The notes below the pieces were generated by a model. The model was given only the letters and a program-made list of their open reading frames with translations, was not told where the DNA came from and searched no databases. The position numbers and the translations under genes are program-made. A DNA stretch of 50,937 nucleotides from Chromera velia. Its lineage: Eukaryota. Of this stretch, positions 25,212 to 35,849 are shown in pieces (position 1 is the first letter of the stretch; each line of letters opens with the position of its first letter). The stretch lies in NCBI GenBank assembly GCA_018398765.1, contig JAHBMJ010000300.1:1-50937 (forward strand), written 5' to 3'.

Positions 25212-28182
25212 ATGTCGGAGGGGGCGTATGACCACCTCTTCAAGATTTTGCTCATCGGGGACAGTGGAGTGGGCAAGAGCAGTATTCTTCTGAGGTTCAC
25301 GGACGATGAATTCAACCCGAAGTCGCTGTCCACAATCGGTAGGCTGACGAGACTGCGGACTGCTCCACTTCAATTTGCCTGACCGTCATGCTGTCTCCTC
25401 AGACCCTTATTTCTGTCTGACGGTGTCATTTCGGTGAAACTTCTGCAGGTGTTGACTTTAAGGTGAAGTTTATGAACTTGAGGGGAAAGCGCTTGAAGCT
25501 CGCCGTATGGGACACTGCAGGCCAAGAGAGGTTTCGGACCCTCACAAGTTCCTATTACAGGGGGGCTCACGCGATAATTCTTGTGTAGTCAGTTCGCAGA
25601 ACACCAGTTTCTTCTCTCCTCGTCTGCTGGTAGTGTCCAGACTGTCAGCTTCTGTGCTATCCTCGTGACTGCGGTCAAGCATTTTCTGTTCTCTTTCTGT
25701 CTGACACAGTTGATCGATACGGAGAAAAGGGCCGTCTCGCTGATCTTATTTCTCTTTGGCCTTCACACCCGTGTCCGCTTCTTGGTGTCTGCGGTTTTTT
25801 CGGTCGGCTCCTCTTCGCACTTTGTCCGCTTCCCCCTTACCCTCAACCCCTTGTTCAATTGAACACTCAACTAGCCATTCCTTCCTGGGCTGCGTACGTC
25901 ATTCATTTGTGCTGTGGTGTGCAGTGACTGTTGCGTGAAGGAGTCGTTCAACAATCTGCAGACCTGGCTGGAGGAAGTCCGGAAATATGCAACGAATGTA
26001 GATGCGGTGAGTGTGAAGAGAAAATGAAGTGATTCACGAAGCCTGGGTGGCGTCTTTTTTTTTTTGCTTTTTTCATTCGTGCCCCTGAAGCAAGGAAGGC
26101 ATCACTCTCTTCAGCAAGTCATACATCCCAGCTCTCTCTACATGCTCCCGGCATACGCGCGCTTGCTTGCAGGTGAAAATGCTTGTGGCAAATAAAGTCG
26201 ACAAGGTAAGTTTTTTTGTGCACACGCTCATGCTTCCTTTCATATGACGTTTCTTCCCTCTTCCTACGTCCTTGTCTCCTTTGCATGCCTCCCCCCCCGA
26301 CTGAACGATTCAAGTGATGGTTGGATGCGCTTTCTTTCTTTTTTTCTTTCTTTCATTTTTTCCTTTTTTTGTTCCTTTCTGTATGGTCTTTTGGGGGCAG
26401 ACTACAGGAAGGGTTTTTTTGAGGAAAGCTCTACACTCCACTCAAAAGAGCGCTGAAATGGAGATTCTCAAGGAAGCGTTGTCTGATTATTTGGCAATGA
26501 GTGACGCTCACATTTCAAACGATGAGATACATTGTGGTGACCTGGCGATGCATAGGGACCTAGCTGTCTCTTTCCACTCCACTCCCCTGGAGCTTTCAGT
26601 TCCTTCACTTTCTTTCTTCGCTGAGTTTTTGGAAGCCACGAAGAAAGGCCATCAAAATCAGCCTCCGTGTTTTCCTCTCTCTGCCTCGCAGACCAGTTTC
26701 CTTCTCCAGAGAGTTCCCTCCCGTCCTCCCCTCTTGACTTTCCCTCAATTCCTTCTCTCTCTCTCTCTCCGTTGTATTTTATTTTCCTTTCCTTCTCTCT
26801 CTGTCCTCCCACCGCCTTCCCTCCCTCCTTGCCGAACGGGGATCTGTTCCGTTCTCCACTCCCCCCCCCCCCTCCATGCATGCGTCTGGAGCTGGTCGTC
26901 ACTTCATTCTTAACTCAGTCTTCTCACTCACTCTGCCTGCCCCCTTTGTGTTCCGTTTCGTCTTCTTCCTTCCTCACTCCTCTCCCTACTGCCCTCCCCT
27001 GCTGCACTCCCTCCCTTTCTCCTTTGTCCCTCGTTTCCTGGCAGGCGCCAGCAGAGGTGACCCGGGAAGAAGGAGAGGCATTCGCAGTGGATCACTCGAC
27101 TTTGTTCATCGAGACCTCAGCAAAGACAAGAGTGAGTCGATCGGCACGGCAGGGCTGGAGGTGGGGGGGGGGAATTTCGATCAAGGAAGGAAATTGGCGC
27201 ATACTGATGCCTGCATAGTGCGTTGAAATGCATGTTAGTGGAGGGACAGGCAGGCAGGGAGGGCCTCGACTTTGTTCCCTCTTGCAACGATCGAGGCAAG
27301 AAGGAAGGAAGGAAGGAAGGAGTGGGAAAGGCAAAAGAATTGAATGCGTGCGAGGGGGTGGGTGGTGCATCTGTAATCTTCTGGACATGAGAGATCATGC
27401 AGACGTGGCATGCATGAGCGGCTCTCTGTGCGGTGGGTGTGTCTTCAAAGACTTTCCCTGGCGGCAGCTTGAACTACACTGACTGACAGACGGAGGACAT
27501 GAGCTCTTTCTCCCTCCGAAGAACAACTGCGAGGGAGCGAGAGAGACAAACAGGGAACTCAATGGAAACACACACACACACACACACACAACACAGAGAG
27601 AGAGAGAGAGAGAGAGAAAGAAAGAAAGAAAGCGAGAGAGAGAGAGGATGGGCGAATTCTGTCTCGTGCCTCTCAGTTTTGCCACGTGCACGGTATTCTT
27701 CTCAGAATAAAGAATTTATCCTTAATGTCTCCCCCCCTGTCTTCTATTTTTCTTTTTTGCTGTTGAATACACGTATGTATAGGTCGGCATCGCCCAGGCC
27801 TTCGAGGAGGTGGTGCAAAAGATTTTGGACACGCCTGAACTTCTACACAACACAGTCCCAGTCGGTCCGTTGAGAGAGAGAGAGAGAGAGAGAGGTGGGA
27901 GGGAATCAGAAGGCCTTTTTGCTGTGTGCTGTTTTCTGAAACTTGGTTCCTAGTGGCCCTTTTCCCGTCATTGATGCTCCCTCCCCCCTCTTTTGTCTTC
28001 GAATGCAAACCTTTCTTCTTTCTTGCCTTGATTCTTTTTGTCGTGCCTCAATGCCTCCATGCATGCATGCATGCCTTCCTGCATGCCTGAATGAATGAAT
28101 GCTTGCAGGTGCGGGTGTGGCGCATCGACTCGACGGCAGCAACGCTAACCCGCAAGCGTCAGGGTCGGGATGCTGTAGTTGA
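25212..28182 (+). CDS. RAB18: Rab18 small GTPase, 7 exons
   Basis: Exons 25212-25338, 25449-25587, 25925-26006, 26173-26205, 27045-27131, 27783-27864 and 28109-28182. Motifs [33 protein letters not shown] and ETSAK, with C-terminal CCS. The [22 protein letters not shown] and [12 protein letters not shown] segments fit Rab18. Confidence 0.93.
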
Positions 28183-28834
28183 TGGATTGGTGGGGCTTTG
28201 GGGGTTTTGGGAAGTGGAGGTCGTCAATGGCGAGAAAGAAAAAAATTGGGGTGGTCAAGGGTACTTACTTGTTTTAGCATATAGGGGTCAAGGGAAACTG
28301 TTGTCGCTGAGTATGTCCACACAGGTGGTAGCGGGAGACAGACAGAGAGAGAGAGAGATGCCCACCTGAAGTCTTTGGAGGGAGGATTTCAGGAAATGAC
28401 TTCATCTCTTCCATCTACCTTGCTTGCTCTCCGAAAAGAATCGCAAGCCCAAATTTCTCATTCGAATTGCTGCATGCGTGAGACTTGTGGATCAATTAAT
28501 CTAAACGACGTGGCCGGGATTTTGACCTTTCGGGTGTGATCATTATCGAAACGTGGATCGATTGAAGCACTGCATGCCGGTGGTATCGATTGCTCGACCA
28601 GGTCGCTAGGCAGGTCGAAGCGTTGCATATACAAGGGGAGTGATGAAGCCAGGGATGCATGTGGCCACATGTGTGGTTGACATGCAGTGTATCATATTGT
28701 AAACAGACATGCAAATTTATGCGACCTTCACAAAATATATTGTTTCGGTCAGCCGTCACATTGGTGACTGTATGCTCGTAATGGTTATATGGATTATAAG
28801 TGAAGTAGAACTAGAAATAGAAATAGTAGAAATT

Positions 28835-29409
28835 CCCTGCAGGTAGCCAGGATTTTGCGGGATTTTAGCCCAGGATTTTAGCGGATTTTACGGGATTTTG
28901 CCCAGGATTCTGCCGGACTCTTACTATTAAAAATATAACCCCTACACCTAGGATTTTAAAATCTAAAATCGTGGAAGAAAGCTAAAATCCTAGCCTCTTC
29001 CTAGGATTTTATGGGATTATACGGGATTTTACGGGATTTTAAAGAAATGAATAAAATTAAATTCAAAGATGAATGACACACTTCAAGGCTGCACAGAAGG
29101 GATAACCGGCATCGATTGTGATCAACTTTTATTTCATTGTTTTTGTTTATGTTAAAATTCCGTAAAATCCCGTATAATCCCATAAAATCCTGGTATTCAT
29201 TTCTAAAATCCTAGGATCCACGATTTTAGTCTTTATAATCCGGGTATTAATCCCTAGAACCAGGATTTTAGATTCTAAAATCCTGGAGAAATAGTCCAGC
29301 AGAATCCTGGGCAAAATCCACCTAAATCCGCTAAAATCCTGGCCAAAATCCCGTAAAATCCGCTAAAATCCTGGGCTAAAATCCCGCAAAATCCTAGCTA
29401 CCTGCAGGG
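28835..29409. mobile_element. Foldback/MITE-like non-autonomous DNA element with long inverted arms built of GGATTTT subrepeats
   Basis: Left end CCCTGCAGGTAGCCAGGATTTTGCGGGATTTTAGCCCAGGATTTTAGCGG matches the reverse complement of the right end ...CCGCTAAAATCCTGGGCTAAAATCCCGCAAAATCCTAGCTACCTGCAGGG. Inner arms at ~29003-29040 and ~29160-29192 are also inverted. No clear TSD. Confidence 0.85.
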
Positions 29410-29734
29410 GTTACTAAAAAATTTATTTAATATTTAAATTATTATTTAAATTAAGTCATACTGACTCATACAGTTAAGAACAGCCTGAGAACTGCAACTT
29501 GATTGACTATGGTATTGATTGATTAATTAATTAAAATTCTATAACATTAATTAACGTTAATCTTATATAAGTATTTTCCGCAGCTCAGTACCGCCGCACA
29601 CTGCCGTGGCTTAGCTAGCTTGCACCGTTTTTTATAAGATGTAGCTAGCTTAAAATCAACTTAAGCATGCATGATCTGCAAATTTATTAAATTTTATAAT
29701 GAATTATGATTCTCTATAGTAAAAAAGCCTAGTT

Positions 29735-30116
29735 AAACATGAAAATCGTAGAGGAAATGTATGGGAATCTGATGGGAAATCCTAGATTCGGAGAAATGAA
29801 TAAAAATCAAAGGGAAATCCTAGGGAGAACTGTGAAAAATCTATATAGGCTAAGATTTCTCATAGATTTCCCCCTGATTTGAAGCAATGATTTCCCCCTC
29901 CTACTCCCCCCCTTGGCCCAGGCTTGGGCCCAGGTTGATTTCCCTATGAATCAGGCTGTGATTTCCCTCGGATCTCCATTAATTTCCCATCAGTTTTCCA
30001 TTCATTTCCTACTTTAGATTTCCCATCGTTTTCTTTAAGATTTTCTTTGATTTTCATTGATTTTCCTAGGATTTCCTATCAGATTTCTATAAATTTCCCT
30101 GTGATTTCTATGTTTC
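29735..30116. mobile_element. Second, more degenerate foldback/MITE-like element with GGAAATC / GATTTCC subrepeats
   Basis: Left AAACATGAAAATCGTAGAGGAAATGTATGGGAATCTGATGGGAAATCCTAG versus the reverse complement of the right end AAACATAGAAATCACAGGGAAATTTATAGAAATCTGATAGGAAATCCTAG. Subrepeat orientation flips inside the element. Confidence 0.6.
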
Positions 30117-30987
30117 TTTGTACGGAAGTCCTGGTTCAAAACTTTAAGTCTGACCAGGGAGAGTGACCCTGAATTAACGATAATTTTTAAAAGTCTTTTG
30201 CCTTAATTTATAACGATTAATAACTTTACAAGTGAGAAGCTCTAGCTTTATTATGGGTTTTATATGGTTTTCCTACTTTTACTCTAACATAGAAATTGAT
30301 GATAGAATCCAACTTTCTTTCACCTTAAATAAAAAACACCGGGGAGGGAGCCTCAGGATGCCTCAGGGAGGGCGGAGAGAGTCCAAAACACAGAAAGATA
30401 ATTCAAAAAGATGAACTTGAAACCGGAAAAAAAAGAGGATAGAGGAAGAAAACAATGGGAACAGAGCTTGAAAGCAGAATAGTGGACAAAAACAGTGGCA
30501 AGAAACGGAAAAGGCCTAGAGTGGAGAGAGGTTGGACGCAGAAGAGGACGGATAGCTGCAAAAAATGAAAACATAAGCAGCAGCCTGTGGGTTCAAAGTC
30601 AAGCAACCAGTCACTCGGACGGATGAGAACATCGGCCAGGACTTGAGTGTCCAGAATCATGCAGGGGTAGGGGATCATTATATATCTGGAGGTGCATTTT
30701 TGTTCCCTGGGTGACTGTCAACAATCATTGAACAATGTCATGTCGTGTCATGTCATGTCTGAATTTCCGCCCAAGTAAATTTCCACTCCAAAAAGGATTT
30801 CTGGATTGCCTTTACCGCTTGAACATCAATTTGAAAAGGACGGATTTGCACTGTCCGCCTGTTGAACTTCCCCACTCTCACGTGCCTTCTACCTCCGTCT
30901 ACCTCTTTCTTTGGCGTCCCGATGCATACATATGTTGATAAATCAGTCGAAAAGATAACACGTAGTGGGCGTTCGCGAGTAGCGCTG

Positions 30988-31431
30988 TCAATCGTGAGGA
31001 AGAACAAGGTTACAATATCCGTAGTAGTAGTAGTTGTCAGGCTTCTTTGGGCAATCGAGCTTCGGCTTGCACGTCTCCCGCTTCTCCCCGTTGCAGGTCT
31101 CGTGGCAAGGGGTGAACTTCGGTTCGAGGTAGCAGCCTTCTGTATTCGTGAAATACTGTGCGTTGCTGCACTCACATTTGCGCAGGATCGAGTGGTAGTG
31201 CCAGGCACACGCGCTTTCCCCACCCCAGCAGCCGCCCGGGTAGGGTCCGTTATATGCGTCCCTCATGGGAAACGTCCCCATCTGGAGCATCAGGGCGTTC
31301 TCGTTGCACTGGTCGACAGTGCAGCTTGTGGGGAGAATCGGTTTCTCCTTAGATTGATTCTCCTTCAGCTGCAGTCCACTTGCAAAGGAGAGGATACCGG
31401 CAATGAGGGAGAGACGGGAAATGAAATTCAT
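30988..31431 (-). CDS. Intronless 147-aa secreted cysteine-rich protein (12 Cys)
   Basis: ATG at 31431, signal-peptide-like MNFISRLSLIAGILSFASG, then 12 cysteines in about 110 residues, ending YYYYGYCNLVLPHD*. Confidence 0.8.
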   Translation of the reverse strand: MNFISRLSLIAGILSFASGLQLKENQSKEKPILPTSCTVDQCNENALMLQMGTFPMRDAYNGPYPGGCWGGESACAWHYHSILRKCECSNAQYFTNTEGCYLEPKFTPCHETCNGEKRETCKPKLDCPKKPDNYYYYGYCNLVLPHD

Positions 31432-32442
31432 CGTTGCAGATTTTCTGGTGCAATAAGGGCCACTCTCTTCTTCTGCTTCCCCTTCGCGTTTCTTCTGTGA
31501 CTTCCCAAGATTGGAACAGACTTTCTCCTGAAAGGTCTGTATGAGGGGGTCTGGAGTTTGGAGATTCCTTTCAAGATGACCACTTTCTGCGTTTTCATTG
31601 AACGTCGAAACAAACTTGTCTATACTTGCATGAATTTTGATCCGGCCACCAAAAATACGTACATGCATGCATGCATCGATCATTGCATTTTTTTTTTTTT
31701 GCATGCATTTAATTTTTTTTTTTTTTTAATTATGTATCGATCGGTCGATCGATCGATGCATGCAAAAAAAAATATCTGTATCGTTATAACGGGATACACC
31801 CAACTAGTTGGGTGAGTGCCTCGGGGGGCCATTTAGGGGGTCGGCCATAATTTGATTGTTGCAAACCATCAGGGGCTTGGGCATGTCTTATATTAATTGC
31901 CTGCATGGGCAAGTGGCCGGCAGGGGCCACGGCAACGCGCGCAAAATGTGCTTTTCGGGACCGCATGCGCGCGGATATACACGCAACTCCGTGCGAGTTA
32001 CTTGAGGGGCACGCATCATGACGTACGAGCGCGGATCAAGCGATCGCGGCTCCGTGCGAGTTGCTTGAGGGGCATATTTTGGAATCAGGACAGACACCGA
32101 ACCCCCCCCCCCCCAAAATGAAAAAAATTCGTTATGCGAGTGCGTGCGATCTCAGGGCCTCTCGGCTGATCTCAGCAGAGCTGAGCTGCCCCCCGAGGCG
32201 ATTAAATGAAGAAAATATATATATAGATTGATTGCATGCATGGGATTGTCGATCATTGAATTCGCTCTCGTGCACTGCCGATCGATCGATGCATTGAATG
32301 AAGACTCATCATACGTAGGGAAAGGACAATTCACACATGCAAGAACCAATCAGCTCCAAGAAAGATCAAGCCTCGATGGTGCACGCCCCTACCGGTGTGA
32401 ACGCCCCGAAGTACAGCAACAGTACCTAGTCCCAAATCCAAA

Positions 32443-33711
32443 ATGATGTTCCAACAGCCCGTCACAACATTCGCATACCAGGGCAATCCTCAACCTGCTG
32501 TGGTGCCATATGGTTCCCTTCCCTTCGTAGCACAGAGTGCTTACCTGCAACCTTCATACCATTTTGGTCCTGTGCCCAGAAGAGTGGAGACTCCCGAAGA
32601 GAAGAAAACTCGAGAAGAGCTTGAGGGACAGCTGGATGCCGAACTCTTCCACAAGGAGAAGGAAGACGGACTCGCGGCGGTCCGCAATGCAGCAAACAGG
32701 GAGAGAAGAAACAGATGGAGGCAGAAGTTGCTTGTTCTCACCCAGGCCGACAGAGACCACCCAGACCCATGGGACAACCCCTACAGAGACCCTGGCCACA
32801 TGCCCACTATCGAGGAAATCGACAGAGCACAGAGGCACGACGATCGACGGGAAATAAACCGCCAAAGAACACACAACAACAGAATCAGGCAGCTCAATTA
32901 TGAGCTCCAGCGTGCCAGCCTCCCTGCCTATCAAAGAGACCAGATCGTCCCCCCACCCCTCGAACGAATGGTAAAAGTCCAGACTCCCCGTCCTAAACCG
33001 CCAAAACGAAAGCAGCAACCCCCTAAGCGAGCTCCTCCGCAAGGCTCCCTAGACATTGAGGCACAGAACCGGCAGTGGAAGGGCTTTCAGTCCCAGCTTG
33101 CCCGACAGGGGCACAAGACACTGAAAGAGGAGATGGAGAGGCAACACAAAGAGCAAAGAAAAGCTCTGAAGAAAAAGCTGGACGCTTTCACAGCCCCTCC
33201 GCAGTCCGATCGTCCGGGATACTTCCACGGCCCCAGTTTCGACCCCGACCTTCTTCGTCCGGTCCCCAATATGGAGATCGACGAGGCAGCCCTCCGAGAC
33301 CCCGTTCGTGCCCGAGCTCAGACGCTCATTTTGCAAAATCGAGCAAGAGACATTGAGGACAGGATCCGAAAGCTCCAAGAGACACAGGAGCATTTCAAGG
33401 AACACAGGGCGAGGGAGCTCCAGGAGATGGAGGAGCAGATGAGGAGGAGGAGGGAGTGCTTCCTCTACGATGCTGCAGATGCTGACGACCATCTCGTCAA
33501 CTTTTCCCACCAGCAGAGAAGGGTACCCCACCCGAACGCACCCGTCACCCAAGCCTCCCCCGTCTCCCCAGAGGAGCAAGAAATCAGAAGGCAAACCAGA
33601 GCACCTCCTGACATTGCGGGCTCAGGAGCACCCCTTCCGAGTCTCTGGAGAAACATGAAGGAGTGGCTCGAGTACATGACCTCCTACCCCAGCACCAGAG
33701 TGCCAATCTAG
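32443..33711 (+). CDS. Intronless 422-aa Q/P/R/E-rich hypothetical protein with coiled-coil segments
   Basis: Long uninterrupted non-repetitive ORF with AAAATG start context and a coding-like appearance; no recognisable domain. Confidence 0.78.
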   Translation: MMFQQPVTTFAYQGNPQPAVVPYGSLPFVAQSAYLQPSYHFGPVPRRVETPEEKKTREELEGQLDAELFHKEKEDGLAAVRNAANRERRNRWRQKLLVLTQADRDHPDPWDNPYRDPGHMPTIEEIDRAQRHDDRREINRQRTHNNRIRQLNYELQRASLPAYQRDQIVPPPLERMVKVQTPRPKPPKRKQQPPKRAPPQGSLDIEAQNRQWKGFQSQLARQGHKTLKEEMERQHKEQRKALKKKLDAFTAPPQSDRPGYFHGPSFDPDLLRPVPNMEIDEAALRDPVRARAQTLILQNRARDIEDRIRKLQETQEHFKEHRARELQEMEEQMRRRRECFLYDAADADDHLVNFSHQQRRVPHPNAPVTQASPVSPEEQEIRRQTRAPPDIAGSGAPLPSLWRNMKEWLEYMTSYPSTRVPI

Positions 33712-35019
33712 CCCTCCGTCTATCACCAAAACTTACTGATGGATGAGCCAACACTGCGTGCTTCACAACGGGAAAAAGAGGGATCCCCTTGTCTTAGCAT
33801 TTCTTTCTTCGCTCTTCATGTGCGTGAATGGCTGCATGCTGTCACTTTAATCTGTGCATCTCCCTTTCGTTGTTGATGAAATTATATCGCATTGCCCTCC
33901 ACACGGCGATTCAAGTTTGATCAGTTTGAGGTCTTTGTCTTAATACAAAATTTCAAGTTTATTAACTTGAACCTTCACATTGGCGGTCTTTTTGAACTTA
34001 AAGGAATTGACACAGTGTTATACAGCAGTCATAGCATGCATGGCACTAGATCTAGATTATGCATGATAAAGACTTTATCTAACTTTATCAAAATTAATGA
34101 GCTACGATATGAATAATTAATTGATTCTTTCTGATTTCCACTCATTCCTACAGTTACAGGCTAGGCTACAGGTTAAGCACTGCGGGCCTCGTTCTATAAA
34201 AAACCTTCGGTTACCTTCAAAGTTCCAAAGGAGAAAACATCTTTTTTTTTTCTTAAGTACATTTTTTTTTAGTATGTTTGTTACTATTTTTAAATATGAA
34301 TTAATGCTAGTATGAATGTTTGAACACTAGAGCTATAAATATAGAAAACACAGATATTTTAAAGTTATACATTAATTCATGAAAGTTGTGACGCAACAAT
34401 AGAAAAAAATGATACCAGATGAAACTAATGTTTAAAGTTAAAGATAATTATAATTATAACTAATAAGATTGACCATACACACTGACAGTGACTCGGACGC
34501 ACCATCTTTATTACACTGTGCTGTTGAGAGTAACCAACTTAGGAGTAATCATTCTTTTAAGCAAAACAAATTAGTGGGTAAATCAAGTACTAAACATAGA
34601 TTTATTGTAAAGTTCTCTTTTGTCTAGAAATATGTGTAAGTATATATAAGTTAAAGTCAAGTTCTTGATATTATAGAAACAACTTAGACAAAAAAAAGTT
34701 TAAAAATGATCTTTTTTATGCCATACTGTCCTCGTAGATAGTTTTTTAAGATGCGTTTCTCCTATATTAGATCTTGATGCAACACATTTGTAGGCAAATA
34801 CAGCCAGATTAGCGCGGTAGTGGTAATCCCCTCAGACCCCTCTAGTTACCAAGTTTTGGTTACCAATTTGATGGTAACTAAAAGCTTTCTAAGAAGGGCC
34901 GGTAGTTACTCCTAGCAGCACAGTGTAATCTTTATCCATCTCTGCAGAGCTAACACTAGAAGTTAAAGGTATTTATAACATATACAAACTGACATGTAGT
35001 AAAAATTTACATTTTTTTT

Positions 35020-35295
35020 TATGATTTCATGTTCCTATTCCCGATTCTTCCATTCCGCAGGCGGATCTATTGGCAGCCTAAGACTTTTGACTGCGGCCGG
35101 TTCATCCAGTAGCACTGAATCTAGCACTGAATTCAAAGTTGTAGGTGTCTTCCAGTCCTACATTAGTCACCCACATATATACAAACAATGTGAAATGAAA
35201 ACTCACATAGTGAAAAATAACCAAAAAGAACTACAAGCCTTTCAACCAAGAATGCAGCTCGAATGTAGGAAGAAAGAAGAAAAGAAAAGAAAAGA

Positions 35296-35328
<33 letters not shown>

Positions 35329-35340
35329 TACACATACACA

Positions 35341-35413
<73 letters not shown>

Positions 35414-35612
35414 AGGGAGGGAAAGAGGGAGAAAGGGAGAAAGACAGAGAGAGAGAGAGAGAAAGAGGGAGGGAGGGAGGGAGAGAGAGAGAGAGAGAAA
35501 GAGAGAGTGAAGAGAAATGAAGAGAAGAAGAGGAGCACGGGGAGAAGAGGATTACTGGGACTTAGTATCGGGAAGAAAAAGAGGAAGAAGAAAAATTCAG
35601 ACCCTTCCTTAT
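35020..35612 (-). repeat. Diverged duplicate of the last intron, last exon and 3' UTR of the GalT-like gene (source ~48990-49575)
   Basis: Colinear similarity, for example GAACTACAAGCCTTTCAACCAAGA(A/T)TGCAGCTCGA and GAGAAGAAGAGGAGCAC, with the same (CA)n(GA)n block. The acceptor CAG is CAT in this copy. Confidence 0.85.
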
Positions 35613-35661
35613 AAACGCTTCAATCTCTCTTTCCCTCTCTCTCTCTCTGTATGTGTATGTG

Positions 35662-35701
<40 letters not shown>

Positions 35702-35849
35702 TATGTGTGTGTGTGTGTGTACGTACGTGTGTCACATTATGCGTCTGAATACATTTTTTGCTGCTCTTCCCCACAAGGCATACAAAATCCCCTGCCCACG
35801 TATGTGCACCTTTCTATTAACCTGCCTGCAGACCTGTCTGCATGAATGA

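Noticed and set aside
28835..30116. CRISPR-like array or telomeric repeats
   Set aside because: Short degenerate subrepeats in inverted arms with no unique spacers of constant length, no cas genes and no tandem TTTAGGG tract.
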